From Rhizophagus irregularis (Eukaryota), in assembly GCF_026210795.1 (NCBI RefSeq), contig NC_089429.1:5890001-5954000 (forward strand): a stretch of 64,000 nucleotides of DNA, in the 5' to 3' direction. A model generated the notes under the pieces. It did no database searches. It saw only the letters and a program-made list of their open reading frames with translations, and was not told the origin of the DNA. Shown piece after piece: positions 52,882 to 64,000 of this stretch. The stretch's first letter is position 1. Each line of letters begins with the position of its first letter. The position numbers and the translations under genes are program-made.

Positions 52882-55800
52882 TTAAGTGTTGCCAACCTTT
52901 GTTCTGAGTATGCTAATGATGTTATGATAATTTAAGTTTATGCAACAATTACGCCTCAATTCATCATAAGTTGCTGGTTTTTTATCCTTAATTTTTGCCA
53001 GATCTACATGCAATTTTTCAAAAAACCAGCACATTAAGTCATTAAAATAATGTATGCAGTGAGATTCAAATCTCCAATCTGAAAGATCAGCTTTCACTTG
53101 AGTCCATGTTTGCTCGGTCGTCTCACCACGACGAAAAAGATCATCCTCCTTCCAGTTATGACATTGCACTGCAACAAGATTATGCGAAGAATAATAATAC
53201 ATTCCTGTAAGACCTTCTGGTTGATGACTAGTATGATGTATTTTCGTTACGCCACTATTTATATGATGATCCCGAGAACCCCAGCAAAGGGCCCCGCATC
53301 TATAACATGCTTCCGTACACCCAAGCCTTTCCATTACTGATTTATCTCCGGACGGTTTTTGAAAAGGCTCTGATTTCGGATAGCGGCCATTCCCTTTGGT
53401 TCTAAGCTCCTCCTCGATAGTGCGATGAAATATTTTAAAATTTTCCTTTGTGAATGAGCTTTGAAGATTCAACTTGTAGTCTATCTTATCAACTTTTGTC
53501 ATATATTCATTTACAAATCTTTTGATTTCATCAAAACTTTTACAGTTACGAATATCTTGAAGAACTCGATCGAATTCTCCATTAAAAGTTTCATCGAATT
53601 TTTGTTTTGGATTTCCTACCACATAGCCATCAACTATACGTCTAAACCAGTCTTCTATACGTCGTTTTGGGCTTAAAAAATATTGTATAGCCTCTTCTTT
53701 ATCACCGGTTTGAACTTGTTCAGCTAATTTCTCAAAGTATTTGAGTCTAACTAACTCAGAGCTATTCAACCAATAAATATCACGTATCGCTTTTACTCGT
53801 TCTTCATTACCTGCTTTCATTGCCTTTTTATTAATAACCCTCAATAAATAATCCCCAGCGATATGGCCTTCAGAAATTAGTGTATGCCCGTATTGAAGCC
53901 GAGTATCAATTACTTTAAAATATTCCTCCTTCTTCTGGTCAAACATTCCAAGCGGAGTATTTTCTTTATTCCACTTTTCCTGTAAACTCTCAATTACTGG
54001 TTTAAAATTTAATAAAGCGTATAAGTGAACATTCCACTTGAAATCTGGCAAAAAAGTTACAGAAAGTTTCCTTGAAAAATCGGAGAGGATTTTGTCTACG
54101 TTCGCCTTGGCATCACGTATAATTCCGGTGTAATGTCGAGAATCTCTATTTACAAAGATCAAATCTGCTAAATTATCGAGTGTTCCCTGAAGTGAAAGGA
54201 TATGCACTTCCTCTGGATATCGTGAAATCATCATAAGTGTTTTATATGCATAACATTTGGATAAATCCGGAATAATTCCAGATTTGTAATCTTGACGAAG
54301 ATTTGCCGGCATAAACCCATATTCTCTTTCAAACTCCTCATTTATATATTCCGTTACAGGTATAACCTTATTTTTTAATACTATACGGCTCCTCAATAAG
54401 TTCCATATTTCTTTAACTTTTTCCTCACGTTGATGGCTAGACAGTCCTTCACTCGGAATGTTTCTTAGGATCACTTCTAATTGACTGTTGATGATTTCAA
54501 AAGAATCAGATGAAATTCCTTTTCGGATAAAGCCGGCCTCGAGCATTTGATTAAGTTTTGTGGATGAAGATTTACGATTAAGTTCGATATAATTCTCAAT
54601 CGTTTGCTTAGTTTCCATTTCACATTTATCGTTATTTTTATCTTTAAGATAATTTTCCAATGCAGTTCTTTCCTTTTTCGTTTTTTCGCATTCTACACAG
54701 TTAGCATTTTCGCAATCTGTAACATCTTTTACCCCTTTTTCGATCAGTTCCAAACATTCATTTCGGATTCGCGAATTTACGTTTGAGCTATCATCGGAAG
54801 TCCAATTCTGAAGTTTAGAACGAATTTTTTGCATGATCAATTCCTCATGTGTTAGGAACGCTCTGTCAATGGTTTCTTTCAATTTTGTGATTTGTTTACC
54901 AAGATCAATAAATTCATAAATTTCTCTGATATTTTTGAAACGAACTGCAAAGTCCTCATGAGAGACTGCACTCCAGTAATTTTGTGTTAACGAATACCAA
55001 TCTAAAAATTTGATTTTCCTTTGTGAATTCTTGCAATCGTCAATTATAGCGTTGTACAGATTGACAACATCCTCGTGATATTGCTCTGAAGGTGGAGCAT
55101 AAGCAGTCGCACCATTTTTAAATGGTCGAAATTGTTTAAGAAGTTGACCCTTCTTAATTCTTTCATCAAGAATTTGTAGGCATTCCGTATTGGAAATTCC
55201 CATTTCAATGTCTTGTTCTTCAGCTATTTTCAAAGCCGCTTGAAGGGCACCTCGAAACTTTTCTTCTGGTTCTGACAACCTTGATGCGTTTCGTTCAGAA
55301 ATATGTTGCACCATAAGAATATCAGGAGCTATTCCGGCCTTTTCAAGACGTGCCATCGTTACAATTGCTATCTGTAAAATCTCGGTCAAATCTCGCGTTG
55401 ATTCTCCGAGTACGTTAAGAATTGTTAAATTGCTTACACCCATTGCAAAAGTTGCTAATATTCGATCTTTCTTTTCCGAATTTGGATCGTCCATCTTTTC
55501 TGGTGCACCGAGACCTTCAGTATCAATCAGGATAATTGCGTCAATATTAAGTTGATCAGACAATTCTTTCTCCAAGAATAATAGTCGCATAAAAAGACCT
55601 CTAGTACAACGTCCAACTGAAACTGCAAATCTACATGCAAAAAGAGCGTTCAACAGGGTCGATTTTCCCGATGATTGTAAGCCAAGTATACTGATCACGA
55701 AAACTCTAAGATCGGGAAATTTGTTGCTAATATGCCCACAAATAGCCGAGAACCAAGCTTCAGATATAGTTCCAGCATCACCATCAAGTAATTCTATAGT

Positions 55801-57447
55801 GTGACCGCTAATTAGTAATTCGGCATAATATTCTGGTATTTTTAACCCAATTTCGTTATTTGGATCACTGACAGAATAAATTTGATATAATTGACCCAAT
55901 TCACGGAAAAAGTGTTCCATGCCCAAACTCATACTATCAACTTCCACCCAAATTTGTTCGATCTCTTCTCGAATTTTTTTCTCATTTTCCTGATTCCTAT
56001 TGACCAAACTGGATTTACGTAATTCTTCTCTTTTCAATACAGCCTGATTTCGAGCTTTAGAGGATTCTATCATAGAAAGCCTAGATACTTCTCTTTCAAG
56101 ATGCGCTAGGGCTCGTCTTCTTTTCCTGAGAGGTAATTTTAATATGTCTATGTATAAACGTATCAACAGTTGCAATTCTGTATTATTTTGCCAAATTTGC
56201 ATCCCATCATTCAACTGCTTTCTCTGAAGTTGCATAACCTCTAGCTTAATGTGACGGCAAGTTTTCTCTTTGACAAAGTCTATCAAAAGTTGCGACTCAT
56301 TAAACTCAATGCTCTTAGCCAATTGGAGTGAACTTCCCAGTCTTAACTCTTCAGCGTTGAAAAATAAAGAATCGAAACTTAAGGCTTCTTTAAACATCAT
56401 GCGAACTTTTTTCAACGTTTTATCCTTCATTAAAGACTTGATATCAATTGTGTATTTTTTTTTATCGGGGAATTTTCGATGATTCACACAACCGTATATC
56501 ACTTTTTTGGGATCAACTATGGCTTCGAATTCATCGATTTGATTTTGGGTGCATTCAGGCATTAAAAAAACCAAAAAGCCAGAAGAAAATTGATTTAAAT
56601 ACTTAATTTGATCCGGATAATCTAAGGCATCACCATGTAAATTTGCGAGCAATACAATTTCCTTTGCCCCTCCCTTGTAGTAATTTTCGAAAACATCGTT
56701 CCATAGACCCACTTCACAAGTTTCTTGAGTCAACCAAGTAAACTCGACACTTCCGCTGATCATATGTGGAACCCCATATTCTGCTCTTGGTTCGGAACAT
56801 GAAGAGAACATATAGTTTGAAGCCATCAACTGATTAAGAATGGTGCTTTTGCCCTGGGAATTCGTTCCAATCCGAATGGCAACAATTAACTTGAAAGGAT
56901 CATTAAAAAGGTGGTTTTCAATGATCGTTCCGGGACTTGTTTCCCACTTGATAACCGGACCAGTAAACAAAGGAAGCATAACTTTAAACCTCTTCTCTCT
57001 GTCTAATTCAGGCATTATCAAGGGAAATGTAATTGGGAATTGAGACAAGGTTCGAAAGATATCTTGAGCTACAGTACATTCAGCAGATGCAAGTAAACTA
57101 GCAATGCAATCAAACCGAGACAATTTGTTTTTCTTTTCATTTGGGGAAACATTTGTTTCATCCTTATCAGAAAATTCCTCATCAGAAATATCCGATGCGC
57201 CGTCATCTTCCTCGATCAAATTCTTGATATTTTCTGCTTTAAGAACTTGAGCTCCCCACATCTTTACTTTCTGTCGAATGTATGGAAGAACCGCAATTAC
57301 ACTCCCATCCATCTCATAAACTGATAATTTTGGAGGATGAAGAATTTTGCTGAGTTTAACATAATGGTAGGGTTCGATCAAAGTTATTTCTTCGCCTAGA
57401 ATCGAATGCCATTTTTCGCAAATTATTGTCACTTTATCAACAACCAT
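52882..57447 (-). CDS. Very large GTPase, VLIG/GVIN1- and URG4-like, 1521 aa
   Basis: Intact intronless ORF. Degenerate first P-loop IGTNSQGKSTILN..LANLHGDA. Second G domain SILGLQSSGKSTLLN..GRCTRG..DTEGL. C-terminal GCTEACYRCGALC..H..H..HQPEG motif. Confidence 0.88.
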   Translation of the reverse strand: MVVDKVTIICEKWHSILGEEITLIEPYHYVKLSKILHPPKLSVYEMDGSVIAVLPYIRQKVKMWGAQVLKAENIKNLIEEDDGASDISDEEFSDKDETNVSPNEKKNKLSRFDCIASLLASAECTVAQDIFRTLSQFPITFPLIMPELDREKRFKVMLPLFTGPVIKWETSPGTIIENHLFNDPFKLIVAIRIGTNSQGKSTILNQLMASNYMFSSCSEPRAEYGVPHMISGSVEFTWLTQETCEVGLWNDVFENYYKGGAKEIVLLANLHGDALDYPDQIKYLNQFSSGFLVFLMPECTQNQIDEFEAIVDPKKVIYGCVNHRKFPDKKKYTIDIKSLMKDKTLKKVRMMFKEALSFDSLFFNAEELRLGSSLQLAKSIEFNESQLLIDFVKEKTCRHIKLEVMQLQRKQLNDGMQIWQNNTELQLLIRLYIDILKLPLRKRRRALAHLEREVSRLSMIESSKARNQAVLKREELRKSSLVNRNQENEKKIREEIEQIWVEVDSMSLGMEHFFRELGQLYQIYSVSDPNNEIGLKIPEYYAELLISGHTIELLDGDAGTISEAWFSAICGHISNKFPDLRVFVISILGLQSSGKSTLLNALFACRFAVSVGRCTRGLFMRLLFLEKELSDQLNIDAIILIDTEGLGAPEKMDDPNSEKKDRILATFAMGVSNLTILNVLGESTRDLTEILQIAIVTMARLEKAGIAPDILMVQHISERNASRLSEPEEKFRGALQAALKIAEEQDIEMGISNTECLQILDERIKKGQLLKQFRPFKNGATAYAPPSEQYHEDVVNLYNAIIDDCKNSQRKIKFLDWYSLTQNYWSAVSHEDFAVRFKNIREIYEFIDLGKQITKLKETIDRAFLTHEELIMQKIRSKLQNWTSDDSSNVNSRIRNECLELIEKGVKDVTDCENANCVECEKTKKERTALENYLKDKNNDKCEMETKQTIENYIELNRKSSSTKLNQMLEAGFIRKGISSDSFEIINSQLEVILRNIPSEGLSSHQREEKVKEIWNLLRSRIVLKNKVIPVTEYINEEFEREYGFMPANLRQDYKSGIIPDLSKCYAYKTLMMISRYPEEVHILSLQGTLDNLADLIFVNRDSRHYTGIIRDAKANVDKILSDFSRKLSVTFLPDFKWNVHLYALLNFKPVIESLQEKWNKENTPLGMFDQKKEEYFKVIDTRLQYGHTLISEGHIAGDYLLRVINKKAMKAGNEERVKAIRDIYWLNSSELVRLKYFEKLAEQVQTGDKEEAIQYFLSPKRRIEDWFRRIVDGYVVGNPKQKFDETFNGEFDRVLQDIRNCKSFDEIKRFVNEYMTKVDKIDYKLNLQSSFTKENFKIFHRTIEEELRTKGNGRYPKSEPFQKPSGDKSVMERLGCTEACYRCGALCWGSRDHHINSGVTKIHHTSHQPEGLTGMYYYSSHNLVAVQCHNWKEDDLFRRGETTEQTWTQVKADLSDWRFESHCIHYFNDLMCWFFEKLHVDLAKIKDKKPATYDELRRNCCINLNYHNIISILRTKVGNT

Positions 57448-57612
57448 GACAGAATCAGGTGGAATTACATGATATGTAATTCACATATTTTATATATTTT
57501 ACACACGTTACAGCTGTTACGGGCGTACAAAGAAGTAAATTTTATGGCCGAGAACAGGCCTCCAAATTTTGTTTTACCCGTAAAGCCGTAATACGGTCAT
57601 ATAATAACAAAG

Positions 57613-57725
57613 ATAATAGATTCGGGAGCAGCAATAAGTGTAATGACAGAGAAACTAAGATTTACCAATAAAAGAGAGAAGCAACGTTACATGTACATTA
57701 GCAAATGGCATCATTAGGGAAAGTT
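57613..57725 (+). pseudogene. Retroviral-type aspartic protease fragment
   Basis: IIDSGAAISVMTEKL followed by a TLANG flap-like motif; isolated remnant. Confidence 0.55.
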
Positions 57726-58255
57726 AATTTAGTAAATTCCATGGAATTTCCATGAAAATTAAAAAAATAAAATTTTGGTAATGACTATCATAAAAATTTC
57801 ATAATTTGACCGAAGCCTGGCCGTTGAATCATTAAAAATTAATAAGGATAATTCAAAATCGTTGACTATTAGCTCTGGATTATGATTTTTGAACTATGTA
57901 CATATTAAATTTAATTACAAAATAGCCAATAGGAAAATGTAACACAGTAATTTCATGTAATGATCCCTCAATTTTTCAATTTTTTGATTTCTCCATTTCT
58001 TAATTTATTTTAATTTAATTTATTTAATTTATTTATTATTTGTATTTTATTTATTTTATTATTATTATTATTTTTTTAATTTTTTATAGATGCAATTTTG
58101 TTTTAATATTACTACGCTTACTTACATACATAAACTTAAAATAAGATAACAAATATATATAAGAACTAAGCATTATGAAACAAGACTACTTTTCTGAAGA
58201 AAAAGTTGACCTGTCACCTAAATGATCATATCACTGTTAAAAATGATGATATGGT

Positions 58256-58502
58256 TAAGGTTGCTTGTCTAAACCTCTTCAAAATCCTACGATTAGTTTC
58301 GTCAAAATTTTACTATAGATTTATTATAGTTTTGGCAGAGTTTCGGCAGTTTCGGCATTTATAATAAGTTTTGGCAGTTTCGCTTTTCTCCAAAGTTTTG
58401 CCAGTTTTTTAATATAACTTTAATATAGTTTCGGCAGAATTTCGCTTTTCGGCGAAACGCCATCTTGCCTAAACCCTAGGTTTCGGCAAAGAAGCAACCT
58501 TA
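58256..58502 (+). mobile_element. hAT-type MITE (TAAGGTTGC family), copy 1
   Basis: TIR TAAGGTTGC..GCAACCTTA; degenerate 8-bp TSD GATATGGT/GATATGCG; TTTCGGC repeats. Confidence 0.8.
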
Positions 58503-58929
58503 GATATGCGCGTTTAACAAGCGTCAATGAATAAAGAAATTTATTTTTATGCCGATCATTACTAAATATAGTTAGATTATTACTAAATAAAGTTAGATTA
58601 TTACTAAATTTGGTAATAAAGATGTTGATCATTTTATGTATTATAAATTAAATTAATATGATTGTTTAAAATCATTTTCACGTGATTAAAAATTCTGAAT
58701 TTTTCCCATTTACATATAAAATTATATAAATTAATATGAAAATACATCAACTTTAAATCTTAATAGCTCCTGAAATATGACAGTTATGGAAAAAATAATC
58801 CGATAATTTGAAAGAGAAGAACTTAAAGTATAATATTATCAGTTTATATTTTCAATTATCATAAAATTTTATTAAGTAGTTAACATTTTAAAATCACTAA
58901 TTTTATTTGATGCCTTTAGATGTTATGCA

Positions 58930-59900
58930 CTATACAACCAAAATTCTCAGGTAACTGTCAAGATCTGCCTAAAAATTTGCCCAATGACCACCCTAATGGA
59001 ATGCTAAATCATTCCATTTGTTCCAATTAATCTCATTATTAAAGTTTACTACATAAACATTATTATCCTCACGTTTCTTATTATTCAACTTCATTTTTTT
59101 CATTTTACTATTAATATTACATTTTTTCTTTTTTTCTACTTGTAATTCATTCCTATATTCCCAAATCAATATTTTAAAATCTAAAATTATTTTACTAATT
59201 ATTAGTTTTAACATTTTTTCCAATACCTTAGTTTGTATCTATTATTTTATATAACTTCAATAAATCAACCAATTGGTAACTCACTTGATTTTTTAATAAA
59301 AATGTAAAATCATATAAACTATTAAGATCCCATATATCTAATTCTTCGACTTTATGTTTAACTTATTATTAATGTCTGTTTTGAAATTTCAAAAATTATA
59401 TCTACTAAAAATAATTTAAATCCTTTAACTATAATATGCTGCACGATGTCATAAATTTTATTACATCTCTATAAATGTTTAATCATTTCTTCTTCTATAC
59501 CACAAAAATTACATTTTCAACTTTCATCATAAATATCCAGTTTCCGTTTTTTAAGATTTACATATGTTAGTAATTCATTATAACAGATTTTGATTCTAAA
59601 TGATTGTAGAAAATGATTCTCAAATAATGTATATGTTGATTTAAACAATTTAATTTCAAAGATATTTTCCAATCTATTAATTCCAATAATTCTGGTTGTC
59701 TATATATTTCATTTCTATTTAACCCTAAGAACTCATCTATAAACTGAATATCCTTAATTCCTTTTATCATTAGTATAGAATTATGTTTTACTAGCATATC
59801 TTGTTAGCAAATTGTATCATTATAGGATCCCGTTTACTTCTAATAGAGGTCACCATAAAATTTTTAAGATTTATATGTAAATTTACTTTACTTCAAATTT
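58930..59900 (-). pseudogene. Decayed 3' part of a non-LTR retrotransposon
   Basis: RKLDIYDES~KCNFCGIEEEMIKHL.RC zinc-knuckle remnant, LIWEYRNE, and terminal GGHWANF; many stops. Confidence 0.6.
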
Positions 59901-60591
59901 TCCTTCTACCAAGTAATTTTACTACCTTTCCAATTACATTTTTAAATCATATATATTTTTACTTTATAAGTTCAGTAACATTTATAATTATAGATTATAT
60001 AAAACATAATTTATTTTATATATTTAATACTTTTTATTTCTTTTAAAATTGGCCTAATTTTTAGATATAATTATTTTAAAAAAAAGTAAAAAAGTTTCTA
60101 TTTAAAATAAGTTCAAAATTGATCAATAATTACAAATATATATATTATTTTTTGACAAAAAAAAAATAATAAAAAATAACTTTAATTTATCTTACTTACC
60201 ACTCCCAACCACCCATCCTTTTCATTTTTTACTTTAAAAAGATAAATTTTATCAAAAATTAAATGTTTTTCAAGTATAGTTACTGCAGTTACGACAATTT
60301 TGACATTAATAATTTATACTACATATGATTTTTACATCAAAATATTGCAGTACATTTTATTTTGTATATATTTTTACAAACATTCTAGATATTAATAGCA
60401 TTTTATAATTTTTTATATTACACAAATATCTATAAAAAATTCTTTTTTACATAATTATTTTTTTAATTTCATGTGTTTGTGTAATAAATTTGTATGTGTC
60501 TGTATTTGTGTAATAAAATTTTACGTGTCTGTGTAATGAACTTATGCTAAAAATAAATAAATAAATATAATAAATTTACGTGTTTGTATAG

Positions 60592-60739
60592 CAAAAGTAT
60601 TAGACTTGATCCTTCTGAGGGTGTCATCTTGACCTGCTATATGCACGTTATCGATCACATAAATTTTACAATACTCTATGAATAGGATCGATAAAATGCA
60701 TGCAGAAGGGTCAAGTTAGCATCACGTCTGATACTTTTG
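60592..60739. mobile_element. Small TIR element
   Basis: CAAAAGTATTAGACTTGAT versus reverse-complemented end CAAAAGTATCAGACGTGAT; no clear TSD. Confidence 0.5.
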
Positions 60740-61368
60740 TGTTTGTGTAATAAAATTTTACGTGTCTGTGTAATTAATGGTGCTGCCTGAAACTAGAAAG
60801 TTTTGGTTACCTGACAAAACCAAAATGGTAAAACTAGTTTCAGAAAATTGGTCAATCCCGAAATTACTGAAATTATCCTAAATTACCAATATTACCCAAA
60901 ATTATTAAAACTGTTTTATAATTAAATAATTAATTCGTGATCCATCTTTGAATCAGTAAAAACTACTAATAAATTTTGGGGAACTGGCTTTACAAATCAA
61001 TTATCACTTAAATGGCTTTTGAGCTGATTTGCCCAGAATTTTTTTCTTTAAGTATCATATAATAATATTCTGGATATATTAAATGATAAATTTGCATCGT
61101 TAAATATTAATATCATAAGTTTGATCAACATATACTTGCCATTTAAGGCTACATTGTTATACAAATTAGCGATATTGCCTAAAAAGTAACCAGCCAAATT
61201 TGTATTATAACCCAACTGAAAAATAGTGTAACCAATTGCTTAAAACCAAGGGAATCAGGATTCATCAAATATTTTTATATTGAATGATTAGTTAAAAAAT
61301 TTTTTCTTTAGCGACACTGGATTCCGGCCTTTAAAAATGCCATAATTATTCAATATAAGAGGTGTGAC

Positions 61369-61613
61369 TAAGGTTGCTGGAGAAACTAGGGGGTTTTGGC
61401 AAGTTGGTGAAATGCTGAAATAGTAAAACTTTGCTGAAACTATATGAAAGCCTTATTAAAAAGTTGGTGAAACTCTGGAGAAAAGCGAAACCTGATAAAA
61501 TTTATTATAAATACCGAAACTGCCAAAACCTTGCCGAAACTATAATAAAACTATAGTAAAATTTTGGAGAAACTAATTGTAGAATTTTGGAGAGATTTAG
61601 GCAGGCAACCTTA
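61369..61613 (-). mobile_element. hAT-type MITE (TAAGGTTGC family), copy 2, inverted relative to copy 1
   Basis: Same TIR; 8-bp TSD GGTGTGAC/GGTGTAAC; over 110 bp similar to 58256-58370. Confidence 0.85.
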
Positions 61614-62059
61614 GGTGTAACAATCACAAAATTGATATTTTTTTATTAAAATGTTATTTATTTGCTGGTAAATAATTTATTTAAAGGTTATAAATAAGAA
61701 AAAACAAAAAAAAGTATTAAAATTATTTATTTCTATTAAACACAGGTCGTACTATATTTTGCTTATATTGAGCGATGTATCTAGTAATTTTGCAGTTCTT
61801 CTAAACTACTTTTCTCTAATAATTTGTAAGTTCATTTCACATTTCCTGTGTGCTATATCTATTGCTCTTATCTGAATTTCCCATTAAATTAATTTGCAAA
61901 ATAATTTTCCAAAATGTATTAGTAGATTTCATTAGTTTGAAAACGGATCACGAATTAATAATTTACTGACTTTATGATTTTTACAAAATAAAGCTTTATT
62001 TTATTTGAAATTTATCATGATAAATTATATTTATTAATTTATTCATTTATCATTTTCCA

Positions 62060-64000
62060 AAATTGCTAAATCAACATACCATATACTTCTGAAATTAAGC
62101 ACTTCTTTTGACCATAATACTGGCCAGTAACAGCATAACGTAGGCCAAAATTTTCATAATTCTGGCCAGAAGTGCTTATTTTCAAGATGTGCTTAATATC
62201 AGAAATATACGGTATTTTTCAATTAATACATATACATTATACTTTGGAATTTCAACTTCTTCAAAATATTCTTCATAACCACCTTCACCTTCATGATCAT
62301 CATTATCATTTTCAATTTCAAAAAATGCCGATTCATCAATTAATTTTTGAATATTATCATTATTTTGTCTTGAATTAGATTCAGCTAAACGCATATTATT
62401 ATTTTGATAAAAGTGTCGAATTTTGGCTATTAACTCAATCGTATTAGTATCCAAAGTCATCCTTTTTTTGTATAATCATCCTAATACAAAAAACATTTTT
62501 TCGTATGAAGCACTATGCGGTGTTACTGCAAATACTTTTAACTATATTTCTCCACTAATTAATTATGTTATATTTTGGCGAACGGACTAATTCACTATTT
62601 ATTATAAAATTACTATGAATTAATTACGTCTGTTAAAATACATTACATCTGTCAAAATAAATTTAATTAGTATTTTGTCATTTTGACGAAAAGTATACTT
62701 TTAACGTCAGATCTCTCAAAAAAGGAGGTTGATCTTCACATGATATCCACCATGTACAAGGTGTAACCCAATTTTTAACAAATGCTATTGAATAAGTACC
62801 TTGTTTAGCTTTAAAATTCAGCATTTGAGTAATTAATATTTTTTGGTCATCAATATTATATCCCATATTTTCCCATAACTTTTGCACATACTCTGAAATT
62901 TTCGTCCACATATTCTTTAATCCATTACCTAATAATAAATATTTTTTTTTTAAAAAAAAAAAAAATTATGTTTACCTTCAATATTTAATAATATTAAATA
63001 TTTACCTTGATAACCAGGATGAAGGAAATATGCTAATATATATGGCATAACATCAAAAGATTCTCAACGTTTATTGATAAAGTTTATTACATGATTTCGA
63101 AAATTAATTAAACCTCATTCAACTGGAATCTTCTTAATAATACTTGCTAGACGAATTAATGCAATAAAATAATCAGTAAAAGTAGTATTAGACGCTTCAA
63201 CAGACAAAATGGTCTTTTTTAGCAGCTCTAATACTTTTAATACTATATTAACGTCATAAAAAAATCCACGAGAGGTAATTATTTTTACTATATTTTCTTT
63301 AACAACATCCTTATGATTATCTGTGATCTATTAATTTATTTTAAAATATTTTAATTCTTTTTGCAAATTAATAAAAGATAAATTAATATTCTTAATTACC
63401 TTTTCTAATGCCAGTTTTAAACGTAAAACAGAATCTGCAGCATCAAACATTGTCATCCATTACATTTCAACCCAAATTTTAAGTCCTCCACTTTCAATAT
63501 TAAAATTTTTAGTGTACTTTACCAATAGAGCCTTTTCTTGGTGAGATTTGTTAAAAAATTTTACTATTTTGTTACATGATTTTAAAACTTTTTTCGGAAA
63601 ATTGTGTTCTATTTTTTTAAATGATATAATTAATATTTAATTATTAATAACAAGAATATTTAGCAAATTAATAAAATAGTTCAAAAAAATTAACAAGAAT
63701 TTACCAAATACATCTTTAGTGATTAAATTCACACAATGTGCAATGCAATGAATGTTAACAATAAATGGGTATTTTTCACTTATAATACTTTGAGCAAGAG
63801 CACAATTTGCAGCATTGTCTGTTACAATTGCTGCAAATTTATCGGGTCCAATTTTTTGAAGTACATCTTTGATTTCACTTGCTAAATTTTGGGCCATATG
63901 TTTTATGATTGAAAGATCTCAAAGTCGATATAAGAATTTGCACTGATCATAAGTCATTATTATGAAATTATAAATCAAGTGACCTGATGGGTTCATCCAC
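62060..64000 (-). pseudogene. Spliced DUF659-type hAT transposase pseudogene, running off the window
   Basis: IYNFII, KFAAIVTDNAAN, HCIAHCVNLITKD, AYFLHPGY, TWWISC and VTPHSASYE motifs, with stops and frameshifts. Confidence 0.85.

Overview
Very AT-rich eukaryotic DNA with short spliceosomal introns. Composition and repeat content resemble a glomeromycotan (arbuscular mycorrhizal) fungus such as Rhizophagus; this is inferred, not verified. The window is mostly nested mobile DNA. The main structure is a candidate ~26 kb cargo-carrying CMC/EnSpm-like transposon (about 10251-36474). It has imperfect TACTTT(A/G)C(A/T)GAAA termini, GATATC-rich subterminal arrays, a spliced DDE transposase with a BAH-like tail, a family of 'ELKxLFLRT' accessory genes, an RRM-like gene and a nested hAT. 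Its right end is joined directly to a 7.4 kb inverted copy of its own left end (36473-43862). Its left end interrupts a second EnSpm-like element, probably CACTG-ended, that carries a homologue of the same RRM-like gene. To the right lie LINE remnants, a 1 kb structured tRNA-like GC-rich element, several MITEs with target-site duplications (TSDs), one intact intronless very large GTPase (VLIG/URG4-like) gene and a decayed DUF659-type hAT. All family assignments come from motif recognition by eye.
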